Below, piece after piece: positions 37,045-51,061 of a stretch of 64,000 nt of DNA (positions within the stretch are counted from its first letter, which is position 1; each line of letters begins with the position of its first letter). The position numbers and the translations under genes are program-made. The stretch spans positions 52,403 to 116,402 of the forward strand of contig JAJKJM010000047.1 of NCBI GenBank assembly GCA_021153985.1, read 5' to 3'. The DNA is from Polaromonas sp. (GTDB taxonomy: Bacteria > Pseudomonadota > Gammaproteobacteria > Burkholderiales > Burkholderiaceae_C). The notes under the pieces were generated by a model. It made no database searches, was not told the origin of the DNA, and worked only from the letters and a program-made list of their open reading frames with translations.

Positions 37045-38616
37045 TTGCTGTCATCCGTGTCCGATCCTGTCCGTCCCGACGCGCCCAGCCCCGCCGAGGC
37101 CGGCGTACTGTTGCGCCTGGAAGGAATTACCAAACGCTTTCCAGGGGTTCTGGCGCTGGATGGTGTGAGCTTTGAGGTGCGAAGTGGTGAGGTGCACGCG
37201 GTGTGCGGCGAAAACGGCGCGGGCAAATCGACACTGATGAAGGTGATCAGCGGCCAGTACCAGCCCGATGCGGGGGCCCTTTACTACCGCGGCGAAGCCT
37301 GCCAGTTCCAGTCCACCGCCGACTCGGAAGCTGCCGGCATTGCCATCATTCACCAGGAGCTGAACCTGGCGCCGCACCTTACGGTGGCCGAAAACATTTA
37401 CCTGGCCCGCGAGCCGCGCAAAGGCTGGCTGATTGACCGGGCGGCACTGCGCCGCCAGGCACAGCAATGCCTGGACCGCTTGGGGCAGGACATTGCGCCG
37501 GATGCCCTGGTCAAAACCCTGTCGGTAGCCCAGCAGCAGATGGTGGAGATTGCCAAAGCGCTGTCGCTCAACGCCCAGGTGCTCATCATGGACGAACCCA
37601 CTTCGTCCCTCACGGAGTCGGAGACCGAGAAGCTGTTTGCCATCATCCATGAGCTCAAGCGCAGGGGGGTGGGTATTGTCTACATCTCCCACCGCCTTGA
37701 CGAGCTGGCACTCATTGTGGACCGGGTCACTGTCTTGCGCGATGGGCGCTACGTGTCCACCGAACGCCTGGCCGACACCAGTGTGGAAGAGATCGTGGCC
37801 AGGATGGTGGGGCGCTCGCTGGACGATGTATTCCCCAAGAGAACATCCGTGCCCACCACCGACGTCTTGTTGCGTGTGCAGGGCCTGACGCGCCAGGGTG
37901 TGTTCCACGACGTGAACTTTGAACTGCGCCGTGGCGAAATCCTGGGCTTTGCGGGGCTCATGGGGGCCGGCCGCACCGAAGTGGCCCGCGCCATTTTTGG
38001 TGCCGACCCCATCGACGCCGGCGAGGTGTTCCTGGCCGGGCAGCGGCTCACCATTCACTCGCCGCGGGATGCCGTGCGCCAGGGGCTGGCCTACCTGTCA
38101 GAGGACCGCAAGCACGACGGGCTGGCATTGAAGATGAATGTGGCGCAGAACATCACGCTGGCCAACATGGAAGCCGTGTCCAACCGCGCGGGCATGATCC
38201 AGTTTGCCAAAGAGCAGGATGCCGCACGCCGCTATATCGGCGCACTCGACATCCGCACGCCCAGCAGCAGCCAGATCGTGCGTCTGCTCTCCGGCGGCAA
38301 CCAGCAAAAACTCGTGATCAGCAAATGGCTGTTCCGTCAATCACGCGTGCTGTTTTTTGACGAGCCCACGCGCGGCATCGACGTGGGTGCCAAGTACGCG
38401 ATCTACCAGTTGCTGGACCAGCTCGCAGGCCAGGGCATCGGCGTCGTGATGATCAGCTCCGAGTTGCCCGAAATCATGGGAATGACCGACCGTGTCGCGG
38501 TCTTCCATGAAGGCCGCCTGGTCACCATCCTCCCCACCCGCGAGACCCATCAGGAGGAGGTCATGCACTACGCCTCCGGCCGCAGCGTGCCGCCGCTTCG
38601 CCAACTGACCCGCTGA
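37045..38616 (+). CDS. CUT2 sugar ABC transporter ATP-binding protein
   Basis: GENGAGKST, DEPT twice, LSGGNQQK; TTG start after GAGGAG. Confidence 0.92.
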   Translation: MLSSVSDPVRPDAPSPAEAGVLLRLEGITKRFPGVLALDGVSFEVRSGEVHAVCGENGAGKSTLMKVISGQYQPDAGALYYRGEACQFQSTADSEAAGIAIIHQELNLAPHLTVAENIYLAREPRKGWLIDRAALRRQAQQCLDRLGQDIAPDALVKTLSVAQQQMVEIAKALSLNAQVLIMDEPTSSLTESETEKLFAIIHELKRRGVGIVYISHRLDELALIVDRVTVLRDGRYVSTERLADTSVEEIVARMVGRSLDDVFPKRTSVPTTDVLLRVQGLTRQGVFHDVNFELRRGEILGFAGLMGAGRTEVARAIFGADPIDAGEVFLAGQRLTIHSPRDAVRQGLAYLSEDRKHDGLALKMNVAQNITLANMEAVSNRAGMIQFAKEQDAARRYIGALDIRTPSSSQIVRLLSGGNQQKLVISKWLFRQSRVLFFDEPTRGIDVGAKYAIYQLLDQLAGQGIGVVMISSELPEIMGMTDRVAVFHEGRLVTILPTRETHQEEVMHYASGRSVPPLRQLTR

Positions 38617-38653
38617 CCAGCTGAACCCTCCAAGACTTTCCCCGGACCAAACC

Positions 38654-39637
38654 ATGACCGAACGACAAAAAGACCTGTTTCAAAAATTTGCCGCACTGGC
38701 CAGCCTGCTGGGACTCATCGCCATCTTCTCGTTCACCAGCAACGCCTTTTTCAGCGTGGGCAATGGCATGACCGTGGCGCTCCAGGTGACGTCCATTGCC
38801 TACCTGGGCATCGCAGCGACCTGCGTGATCATCACCGGCGGTATTGACCTCTCGGTAGGTGCCATCCTGGCACTGGCCGGCGTTGTGGCCGCCATGCTGG
38901 TCAAGGCGGGCGCGCCTGTACCGGTGGGCATGTTTGCCGGCCTGCTGGTCGGTGGCCTGTGCGGGCTGATCAACGGCCTGTGTGTGACGGTGCTGAAACT
39001 GCCGCCCTTTATCGCCACCCTGGGAATGATGCTGGTGGCACGCGGCGTGGCCTTGCAGCTGACCGATGCCCGCGCCATCAGCGGCCTGGGCAACAGCTTT
39101 GCGGAGCTGGGCAACGGCGCCCTGTTCCGCATCGTCAATATCGGTGCGGACGGCTTCCCCGATGTGGTGTTCGTCGGCATCCCTTACCCCGTGGTGCTGA
39201 TGGTCGTGCTGGCGCTTGGCGCGTCCGTGCTGCTGAACCGTGCCACGCTGGGGCGCCATCTGTACGCCATCGGCTCCAACCTGGAAGCCGCCCGGCTCTC
39301 GGGCGTGAACGTCAAGGGTGTGACGCTGTTTGCCTATGTGCTCTCCGGCCTGCTGGCCGGGCTGACCGGCTGCGTGCTGATGTCACGCCTGGTCACGGCC
39401 CAGCCCAGCGAGGGCCTGATGTACGAGCTTGACGCCATTGCCGCCGCGGTGATAGGCGGCACCTCGCTCACGGGCGGTGTGGGCACGGTGTCGGGCACCG
39501 TCATCGGGGCGTTCGTGATCGGCATCCTGCGCAACGGCTTGAACATGAGCGGCGTGTCCGCTTTCACCCAGCAAATTCTGATTGGCGTCGTCATCCTGCT
39601 GGCCGTATGGATCGACCAGATGCGCCATCGCAAGTGA
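38654..39637 (+). CDS. Sugar ABC permease (RbsC-like)
   Basis: GGIDLSVG, PPFIATLG, YELDAIAAAVIGG. Confidence 0.92.
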   Translation: MTERQKDLFQKFAALASLLGLIAIFSFTSNAFFSVGNGMTVALQVTSIAYLGIAATCVIITGGIDLSVGAILALAGVVAAMLVKAGAPVPVGMFAGLLVGGLCGLINGLCVTVLKLPPFIATLGMMLVARGVALQLTDARAISGLGNSFAELGNGALFRIVNIGADGFPDVVFVGIPYPVVLMVVLALGASVLLNRATLGRHLYAIGSNLEAARLSGVNVKGVTLFAYVLSGLLAGLTGCVLMSRLVTAQPSEGLMYELDAIAAAVIGGTSLTGGVGTVSGTVIGAFVIGILRNGLNMSGVSAFTQQILIGVVILLAVWIDQMRHRK

Positions 39638-39705
39638 TCCCTACCGGCAGGGCTTACCGGGACTTCGAGAGACAACCTCCACAACCACTACCCATGAGGA
39701 AAGAA

Positions 39706-40650
39706 ATGAAAAAATTTGTCCACACACTGATCGCAGCCGCCCTGGTGGCTGCATCGTCGATGGCTATGGCCGCCGACAAGGAAATTGCCGTCATCGTGAA
39801 GACCGCCAACTCGGACTTCTGGCAAAACGTGAAGAAGGGCGCCAACGCCGCTGTGGGAAATCTCAAAGGCTACACCGCCACATTCCAGGGCGCGGCATCC
39901 GATACCGACCTGGCCGGGCAGGTATCCCTGGTAGAAAACGCCGTGAACCGCAAGGTCGCCGGCATTGTGCTGGCCCCGTCGGATCCGGATGCCCTGATCC
40001 CCGCCATTAAAAAGGCCTGGGAAGCCAAGATTCCTGTGGTGTTGATTGACTCTGCCGCATCGGATTCCGGCAAGGCTTACTACCAATCCTTCCTGGCCAC
40101 CGACAACAAGACTGCCGGTGAAATGTGCGCCAAGACGCTGATCGACAAAATCGGTACCACCGGCAAGATCGCCATCATGTCCTACACCGCGGGCTCGGGC
40201 TCCGAAATCGGCCGCGTGGGAGGTTTCACCGACTACATCAAGAAGCACTCCAAGCTGCAGATCGTCGGCCCCTTCTATTCCAACTCGCAGATGGGTACCG
40301 CACTGAACCAGACCACCGACGTGCTGGCTGCCAACCCCGACCTCAAGGGCATCTTCGGCGCCAACGAACCCACCGCTATCGGCATGGGCCGCGCACTGGT
40401 TCAGGCAGGCAAAGCCGGCAAGGTGGTCGCCATCGGCTTTGACGGCAACTCCGACCTGCAAGGCTTTGTGAAAGACGGCACCATCGAGGCGATTGCCGTG
40501 CAAAGCGCCTTCGAGATGGGCAACCTGGGCGTAAAGACCGTGGCGGAAATCGTGGAAGGCAAGAAAGTGCCTGCATTCCGCGATACCGGTGTGTTGATGG
40601 TGACCAAGAAAAACATCGACACACCCGCTGCCAAGAACGTTCTCTACTAA
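39706..40650 (+). CDS. Sugar ABC substrate-binding protein (RbsB-like)
   Basis: Signal peptide AMA|A; KTANSDFWQ, TDN, GFD. Confidence 0.9.
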   Translation: MKKFVHTLIAAALVAASSMAMAADKEIAVIVKTANSDFWQNVKKGANAAVGNLKGYTATFQGAASDTDLAGQVSLVENAVNRKVAGIVLAPSDPDALIPAIKKAWEAKIPVVLIDSAASDSGKAYYQSFLATDNKTAGEMCAKTLIDKIGTTGKIAIMSYTAGSGSEIGRVGGFTDYIKKHSKLQIVGPFYSNSQMGTALNQTTDVLAANPDLKGIFGANEPTAIGMGRALVQAGKAGKVVAIGFDGNSDLQGFVKDGTIEAIAVQSAFEMGNLGVKTVAEIVEGKKVPAFRDTGVLMVTKKNIDTPAAKNVLY

Positions 40651-40681
40651 ACCCAAGCCCCAAGCCGCTCCAACCCAAGAA

Positions 40682-40709
40682 CCCCTCCGGCACCGGTTGC
40701 CGGAGGGTG
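40682..40709 (+). terminator. Intra-operon stem-loop after the binding-protein gene
   Basis: CCCTCCGGCA-ccggt-TGCCGGAGGG, no strong U-tract. Confidence 0.45.
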
Positions 40710-40815
40710 GGCATATGCACACCACGGATTTGAAACGCTTTCCCCGCGTGGACCTGCCGCTGACCGCGCGGCATGCAGCATTTCGATGCGCCAGTAGCAG
40801 CCTGAGGAAAACCCC

Positions 40816-41670
40816 ATGCTGATCGACGCGCACCAGCATTTCTGGAAACTTGCAGACCGCACCGGCCACTGGCCGCCGGCCGCTCTGGAAGCCATCTACC
40901 GCGACTTTGGCCCCACCGACCTGCGGCCCGAACTCGAGCGATGCCGGGTGAGCGGTACCGTGCTGGTCCAATCGCTGCCCACCATCGCCGATACCCACTA
41001 CCTGTTGGAGATGGCGCAGCGCAACTCGTTTGTGCTGGGTGTTGTTGGCTGGGTAGACCTGCTCGCCCCGGAGGCGCCCGTACAAATTGCAGCGCTGGCG
41101 CGGCACCCCAAGCTCAAGGGGTTGCGCCCCATGCTGCAGGACATACCCGATACCCAGTGGATCAGCAACCCCGCACTGGACCCAGCCCTGCATGCCATGC
41201 AGGCCGGGGGACTGGCGTTCGATGCCCTGGTGCTGCCCCGGCATCTGCCGGCGCTGCAGACCATGGCCTGCCGGCATCCCTCGCTGTCCATCGTCATTGA
41301 CCACGCAGCCAAGCCTGAAATCGCGCTGGAGCGGCTGGAGCCCTGGCGCGCCTATCTGGACGCGCTGGCAAGCCTGCCACAGGTGCACTGCAAGCTGTCC
41401 GGGCTGCTCACCGAGGCAGGTGCATGCCCCACCGCGCAGGCACTGGGCCCGTATGTGGACCATGTCCTGAAGGTTTTTGGGGTGCGCCGGGTGATTTGGG
41501 GCAGTGACTGGCCGGTACTGGAACTGGCGGCCGACTACCCCGGCTGGCTGGCCATGGCCCGCGACCTGTGCCGCGCCCACCCGGGCATGGACGACGCCGG
41601 CATGGCAGCCATCTTTGGCGGCAATGCGCGCCGCCTGTACCACCTTGACCCATCTATAGACGGAAATTGA
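40816..41670 (+). CDS. Amidohydrolase, sugar-acid lactonase (L-fucono/L-galactonolactonase-like)
   Basis: IDAHQHFW, DHAAKP, KLSG, WGSDWPV. Confidence 0.85.
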   Translation: MLIDAHQHFWKLADRTGHWPPAALEAIYRDFGPTDLRPELERCRVSGTVLVQSLPTIADTHYLLEMAQRNSFVLGVVGWVDLLAPEAPVQIAALARHPKLKGLRPMLQDIPDTQWISNPALDPALHAMQAGGLAFDALVLPRHLPALQTMACRHPSLSIVIDHAAKPEIALERLEPWRAYLDALASLPQVHCKLSGLLTEAGACPTAQALGPYVDHVLKVFGVRRVIWGSDWPVLELAADYPGWLAMARDLCRAHPGMDDAGMAAIFGGNARRLYHLDPSIDGN

Positions 41671-41671
41671 C

Positions 41672-42001
41672 ATGCAACGAATGGGATGGCTCATTGGCAT
41701 CGACCCCCAACACATTGCCGAATACAAGCGCCTGCACGCGGCCGTCTGGCCCACTGTGCTGCGACGCATCCACCAGTCGCAGGTGCGCAACTACAGCATC
41801 TTTCTGCGGGAGCCAGAAAACCTGCTGTTCGGCTACTGGGAATACCACGGACAGGACTTTGACGCCGACATGGCCGCTATCGCCGCTGACGTAGAGACGC
41901 AGCGTTGGTGGGCCCTGTGTGGCCCCTGCCAACGCCCCCTTCAAACGCGCAGCCCAGGCGAGCACTGGGCGCCCATGGAATCCGTATTCCACATTGATTA
42001 A
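41672..42001 (+). CDS. L-rhamnose mutarotase-family protein
   Basis: EYKRLHAAVWP, NYSIF, LFGY, RWW. Confidence 0.85.
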   Translation: MQRMGWLIGIDPQHIAEYKRLHAAVWPTVLRRIHQSQVRNYSIFLREPENLLFGYWEYHGQDFDADMAAIAADVETQRWWALCGPCQRPLQTRSPGEHWAPMESVFHID

Positions 42002-42023
42002 CCACCTCCAACCAAGGACATCT

Positions 42024-43034
42024 ATGTTGACAGTCATATGCGAAACCCCCGGCGTGCTGCGCACGGTTGAAGGGGCCATGCCCACCCGCAAGGAAGGCGA
42101 CGTGCTGCTGCGCATCCGCCGCGTGGGGGTGTGCGGCACCGATCTGCACATCTTCACCGGCAAACAACCCTTCCTGGCCTATCCGCGCGTCATGGGCCAC
42201 GAAATCGCGGGTACCGTAGAGGAAGCTCCGTCGGACAGCGCCCTTCAGCCCGGCGACAACGTCTTTGTCATGCCTTACCTGTCGTGCGGCCGGTGTGTAG
42301 CCTGCCGCCAGGGCAAGACCAACTGCTGCGTCAATATCCAGGTACTGGGTGTGCACCGCGACGGCGCCTTCACCGAGTACCTCAACGTACCCGCGCAGTT
42401 TGTACGCAAGGCAGACGGTGTTTCACTGGACCAGGCCGCCATGCTGGAATTTCTGGCCATTGGTGCCCACGCCGTACGACGCGCCGACGTGCAGCCCGGC
42501 CAGCGTGTCCTGGTGGTGGGCACGGGCCCCATCGGCATGGCCGCCTTGCTGTTTGCCGGCCTGCGTGGTGGCCAGGTCACAGCGCTGGACACGCGAAAGG
42601 AGCGGGTGGATTTCTGCAAACAACACCTGGGTGCGCATGCGGGTGTTTTGATAGGTGACAAGGACCTGGACGAGCTGCGCGCACTGACCGACGGCGATTT
42701 CTACGATGTCGTTTTTGACGCCACGGGCAACGCAAAGGCCATGGAGCGCGGCTTCCAGTTCATTGCCCATGGCGGCAAGTATGTGCTGGTGTCGATCGTG
42801 CTGGACAACATTACCTTCGCCGATCCAGAGTTTCACAAACGCGAGGCGACGCTGCTGGGCAGCCGCAATGCCACTATGGAAGACTTTGAAACGGTGCTTG
42901 AGGCGATGCGGGGCGGCAAAATCCCCACCGCGGCACTCAACACCCATCGCATGGCTCTGGCCGACGTACCCGCCCAATTCGCCACCCTGCTGGACCCCAC
43001 GCAGGGCGTGGTCAAGGCGCTGATCGAATGCTGA
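42024..43034 (+). CDS. Zn-dependent dehydrogenase, L-galactonate 5-dehydrogenase (LgoD/YjjN)-like
   Basis: GVCGTDLH, YPRVMGHE, CGRCVAC..C, DPEFHKRE.TL.GSRNAT. Confidence 0.8.
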   Translation: MLTVICETPGVLRTVEGAMPTRKEGDVLLRIRRVGVCGTDLHIFTGKQPFLAYPRVMGHEIAGTVEEAPSDSALQPGDNVFVMPYLSCGRCVACRQGKTNCCVNIQVLGVHRDGAFTEYLNVPAQFVRKADGVSLDQAAMLEFLAIGAHAVRRADVQPGQRVLVVGTGPIGMAALLFAGLRGGQVTALDTRKERVDFCKQHLGAHAGVLIGDKDLDELRALTDGDFYDVVFDATGNAKAMERGFQFIAHGGKYVLVSIVLDNITFADPEFHKREATLLGSRNATMEDFETVLEAMRGGKIPTAALNTHRMALADVPAQFATLLDPTQGVVKALIEC

Positions 43035-43047
43035 CCGGAGCCCCCAC

Positions 43048-44160
43048 GTGAGCGCGCCCATCCTGCAGTTCGGCACCGGGCGCTTCCTGCAGGCGCATGC
43101 GGACCTGTTTGTGTCCCAGGCCCTGGCCCAAGGCCAGGCACTGGGCGGCATTGCCGTCGTGCAGAGCACAGACAGCCCGCAGAGCACTGCACGCGCCGCG
43201 GCACTGGCACATGGCTACCGCGTGGAATTGCGTGGCATGCGACAGGGCCGGCGTATCCAGGAGACCGTGCAAGTGAACGCGGTACGAACCGTCTGGCATG
43301 CCCGACGTGACTGGGCGCAATTGTGCGATGCCCTGGCCACCACCGTGCAGGTCATCATTTCCAACACCGCGGACATGGGCTATGTGCTGGACGGCTCCGA
43401 CACCGCGGCGCTGCTGCAGAGCCCCACGACGGCGCCGCGCAGCTACCCGGCCAAGCTGGTGGCGCTTTTGCACCACCGCTGGCAGCAGCAACCCGAGACT
43501 CCCCTGACGCTGTACCCCTGCGAACTGGTCAGCCGCAACGGTGACACATTGCGCAAGCTGGTAGCCACGCTGGCACAGGACTGGGGCGCTACGCCCGCCT
43601 TCCTCCGCTATGTGCGGGAGCACTGTGTGTGGATCAATTCGCTGGTGGACCGCATCGTCTCGTCTCCGCTGGAGCCTGCCGGTGCGCAAGCCGAGCCCTA
43701 CGCGCTGTGGGCCATCGAACAGCAGCCGCGCATGGTGCTTCCTTGCAGCCACCCGGCCATGGTGGTGACAGATGCACTGGCGCCCTTCGAGCAACGCAAG
43801 CTCTGGCTGCTGAACCTGGGCCACACGCTATTGGCCGAACGCTGGCAGTTGCAGGGCGGTGCTGCCGACATGACCGTGGTGCAGGCCATGCACACCCCGG
43901 CGCTGCGCGACCCGCTGGAAGCCGTATGGGCCGACGAGGTGCTGCCGGTATTTGACGCCGAGGGCACAGGCCCCGAGGCCCGCGCCTACCTGCTGGAATT
44001 GCGCGACCGTCTGCTCAACCCGTTTCTGGAACACCGCCTGGCCGACATTGCCAGGGACCACGCGCAGAAGAAGCTGCGCCGCCTCGCCCCCGTGGTAGAG
44101 CGCGCCGTGGCGCTGCAACTGCCCATCGCACAGACCCAGCTGCGCAATGCATTGGCCTGA
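43048..44160 (+). CDS. Mannitol dehydrogenase family, tagaturonate reductase (UxaB)-like
   Basis: LQFGTGRF, SNTAD.G, PCELV.RNG, SLVDRIV, KLWLLNLGH, NPFLEH. Confidence 0.8.
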   Translation: MSAPILQFGTGRFLQAHADLFVSQALAQGQALGGIAVVQSTDSPQSTARAAALAHGYRVELRGMRQGRRIQETVQVNAVRTVWHARRDWAQLCDALATTVQVIISNTADMGYVLDGSDTAALLQSPTTAPRSYPAKLVALLHHRWQQQPETPLTLYPCELVSRNGDTLRKLVATLAQDWGATPAFLRYVREHCVWINSLVDRIVSSPLEPAGAQAEPYALWAIEQQPRMVLPCSHPAMVVTDALAPFEQRKLWLLNLGHTLLAERWQLQGGAADMTVVQAMHTPALRDPLEAVWADEVLPVFDAEGTGPEARAYLLELRDRLLNPFLEHRLADIARDHAQKKLRRLAPVVERAVALQLPIAQTQLRNALA

Positions 44161-44187
44161 GATGTTGCTTCCTCTTCCTTTTCCTTT

Positions 44188-44225
44188 TCCTCTTCCTCGG
44201 GGGGAGGATTGGGGTGAGGCCCAGC
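44188..44225. repeat. Degenerate REP
   Basis: CTCTTCCTCGGGGGGAGGATTGGGGTGAGG resembles 50899-50931. Confidence 0.55.
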
Positions 44226-44399
44226 GAGTTTTGAATGCATGCTGCGGCGCAACATCCAATGCCGCGAACCCTCATGCCTGCTTTCTGCCAGAAGACGAAG
44301 AGGCCAATCCGCCAGCGCCCGGGAGCAGAAGCAAAATTCGTCGCAATTTCGCAGCGGCGGGTTTACTATGCGTGAACTATTCACTTCGTGTCTGGTTCC

Positions 44400-45170
44400 A
44401 TGGTGGCCCTTGCCGCACAATTCGATCCGCCTCGCCGGTTGCATAAAGGAGTTAGCGAGCGGCCGCAGGACTGGCTTGGCACCACGCCCCTGCTGGACCT
44501 GGACGACAGCAAGCTGCGCCTGAAGGCGCGCTCGATTGTCCAGCTGTGCCGCACCGACCGGGACAAGGCGCTGGCCATCTATCGCTTCGTCAAGCGCCTG
44601 CCTTATACCAAGCGAGTCAAGCTGACCTACCCGACGGCTCGCGACGTGCTCGAAGCACGCGGGGGCGACGGCGACGACAAGGTCACGCTGCTGATCGCAC
44701 TGATGCGCTCTGCCGGCATTCCGGCGCGTGTGCGCTACATGGAAATGCGCGGTGAGATGCTGCGCGGCCTGATCCCGAGAGCCACACCGGCGGCGCGCCC
44801 GCTGGCGGAATTCTGGCTGGGCCGTTGGGTACGCACCGACACCTACATCTTCGATGCCGACTACGTGGCCGCCGCCCTCGAACGCCTGAAAGCGAACGGC
44901 TGGGAATGCGGCTGGGGCATCCACCTCAATGCCCAACTTCTGTGGGATGGAAAGAACGACGCCTTCCTCGGCGGTGTGCCGACTGACCAGGACCCCATGC
45001 TCACGCGGCTTCTGTGCGTGGTGAGTGACCCGCTGGAACTGGTGTCGGCATCCCTGGGTGGGAACGGGCTGCGTTACCGCCGGTCGCTGCGGGCCTTGCA
45101 ATGGAATGCGCTGGCACCCACCATGATGCGGGCCATTCGCGAGCTGCGGGATGGCTCCCGTTTCTACTAA
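44400..45170 (+). CDS. Transglutaminase-like protein with a degenerate active site
   Basis: ARDVL..GDGDDK.TLLIALMRSAGIPAR; the Cys position is Gly. Confidence 0.7.
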   Translation: MVALAAQFDPPRRLHKGVSERPQDWLGTTPLLDLDDSKLRLKARSIVQLCRTDRDKALAIYRFVKRLPYTKRVKLTYPTARDVLEARGGDGDDKVTLLIALMRSAGIPARVRYMEMRGEMLRGLIPRATPAARPLAEFWLGRWVRTDTYIFDADYVAAALERLKANGWECGWGIHLNAQLLWDGKNDAFLGGVPTDQDPMLTRLLCVVSDPLELVSASLGGNGLRYRRSLRALQWNALAPTMMRAIRELRDGSRFY

Positions 45171-45234
45171 GACGCAATAGAGGTTGTCTACCCCCTCCCC
45201 CAGCGGGAGAGGGTGCAATCAGGGTGGCAACTCC

Positions 45235-45984
45235 TCAGCGCCCGAGGAGTTGCGGCACCGATGACACCAGCATCGCCAGGCCCGTGCAGGTCAGCAGGCT
45301 CAGCACCAGCTTGCGAAAAGTTGCCTCGCTGATGCCGATATACAGCCGCGCGCCCAACAGGGACGGCACCAGCATTGCGGGCACCACGATGGCGAGCATG
45401 GGCAGGGTTTCGCGCGACACGATTCCGGTTGCGACGTAAGTGGCCAGCGTGATGGCCAGTAAAGAGAGGTTGAAATTCTGGATGATGGCGCGCTGCGCAT
45501 CTTTTTCATAGCCGCGCAAGGTGCACCACAGCGTGGGGATGACTCCCGAGAAGCCTCCCATTGCGCTCATCACGCCGCCGGCCGCGCCAGCCAGCATGTC
45601 GCCGATGCGTCCACCGGCGCGTAGATGCGGCAACCAGGTGCCCATCAGCATGGCTGGGCACCACAGCATCAGCAGCGAGCCCAAAAACACCTTGAAAATC
45701 TGCACGTCCATCAGCGGTAGCACCCCAAGGCCGACCGGAATGCCGACCACGCCACCGGCCAGGAAGGGCGCGAGTGTCCGCAAGTCGAAGGCGCGCCTGA
45801 CCGTCACGGCCGCGACGATCTGCCCGGTCAGTGAGCAGCACACTACCAGGGCCGCAGCCAGCCGGGGGTCCAGCACCCAAGCCCAGAAGGACATGGCCAC
45901 CAGCCCAAACGCAAAGCCCGACAAGCCCTGCACAAAGCCGGCCACCACGGCGCCCGCAATGATCAGGACGAGCGTGGCGTCCAT
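45235..45984 (-). CDS. Sulfite exporter TauE/SafE family protein
   Basis: AGFVQGLSGFAFGL, about 8 TM helices. Confidence 0.85.
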   Translation of the reverse strand: MDATLVLIIAGAVVAGFVQGLSGFAFGLVAMSFWAWVLDPRLAAALVVCCSLTGQIVAAVTVRRAFDLRTLAPFLAGGVVGIPVGLGVLPLMDVQIFKVFLGSLLMLWCPAMLMGTWLPHLRAGGRIGDMLAGAAGGVMSAMGGFSGVIPTLWCTLRGYEKDAQRAIIQNFNLSLLAITLATYVATGIVSRETLPMLAIVVPAMLVPSLLGARLYIGISEATFRKLVLSLLTCTGLAMLVSSVPQLLGR

Positions 45985-46020
45985 GCGGCGGGCAAACTGG
46001 CGTGTTGCAAGAGAATCGTT

Positions 46021-48915
<2,895 letters not shown>

Positions 48916-48978
48916 GTCGGGTCCTGTGTCAGGCTTGGCAGCCAGGAGTCAAAAAATCGGTCAGTAATCAGAGAAAGC

Positions 48979-49344
48979 TCAGGCGGCAAACGCGGTGTAG
49001 CGGGTCTCGTCCATCAGCGCGTCAAGCTGTGAAGGATCGGACAGCTTGACTTTGAAGAACCAGCCGGCGCCCATGGGGTCGCTGTTGGCAAGAGACGGGT
49101 CGTCTTTCAGGGCTTCGTTGATTTCGGTCACTTCACCGCTCAGGGGCATGTACACGTCGGCAGCGGCTTTGACCGACTCCACAACGCCGGCGGTTTCTTT
49201 CTGCGCAAACGTGGTGCCGACGGCAGGCAGGTCCACAAACACCACATCGCCCAGCGCGTCCTGCGCATGCACGGTGATGCCGACGGTGGCGATGTTGCCT
49301 TCAATCTTGACCCATTCGTGGTCTTCGGTGTATTTGACGGTCAT
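48979..49344 (-). CDS. gcvH: Glycine cleavage system H protein
   Basis: [14 protein letters not shown] lipoyl-lysine motif. Confidence 0.96.
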   Translation of the reverse strand: MTVKYTEDHEWVKIEGNIATVGITVHAQDALGDVVFVDLPAVGTTFAQKETAGVVESVKAAADVYMPLSGEVTEINEALKDDPSLANSDPMGAGWFFKVKLSDPSQLDALMDETRYTAFAA

Positions 49345-49402
49345 GAGGTTCTCCAGGGGTTGAGGGGGATAAAACGGTTGCTTGATAGGGTGATTGATCC
49401 GC

Positions 49403-50572
<1,170 letters not shown>

Positions 50573-50611
50573 GGCATTCTCCAGGGGGCAAACAGGTAAA
50601 ACCATGAGTTG

Positions 50612-50840
50612 CCCCTGCTGTCCACTTTACCTGAGAGATTCACCCGGCGATACGGGCTTGCTCCTTCGGTGGGCGGCCTGTGAAAGGCTGCCTCTCTCCA
50701 GTAGGGAACGCCATGCCGCGTGGTGCGCCGCAGGGCGGTTGCCAGTCCTTTTGCCTGAGCGTTCAGTACACCGCCGGGTATGCCCAACAGTATTCGTGCG
50801 CCTTCGGCGGTTTTCGCAAAGGAAAACTCTCTCCTGACCC
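50612..50840 (-). ncRNA. Tandem glycine riboswitch
   Basis: Two aptamers, each GGAGAG..CCGAAGG..CTCAGG..GGAC, directly upstream of gcvT. Confidence 0.92.
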
Positions 50841-50898
50841 GGGCAGTGTAACTTAGGCTGCTCGCAAGACCTCCTGGCGATGCTTGCCAATTCTTGCA

Positions 50899-51008
50899 CC
50901 CTCTCCCTCTGGGAGAGGATTGGGGTGAGGGCCGGCGGCGGTAAATATCCAAACTTTTCATGCACGAGCCGCGACCCTCACCCCCGCCCTCTCCCAGGGG
51001 GAGGGGGC
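50899..51008. repeat. REPIN-like inverted REP pair
   Basis: CCCTCTCCCTCTGGGAGAGG..GGGGTGAGGG / CCCTCACCCC..CTCTCCCAGGGGGAG. Confidence 0.75.
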
Positions 51009-51061
51009 GTAAAACCTCAGCAGGATGGCTTCACTGGGCTGTGTGCGTGGCTCTTAGGCCG

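Noticed and set aside
39688-41790. 700-aa minus-strand ORF
   Set aside because: Antisense to well-supported sugar SBP, lactonase and mutarotase genes
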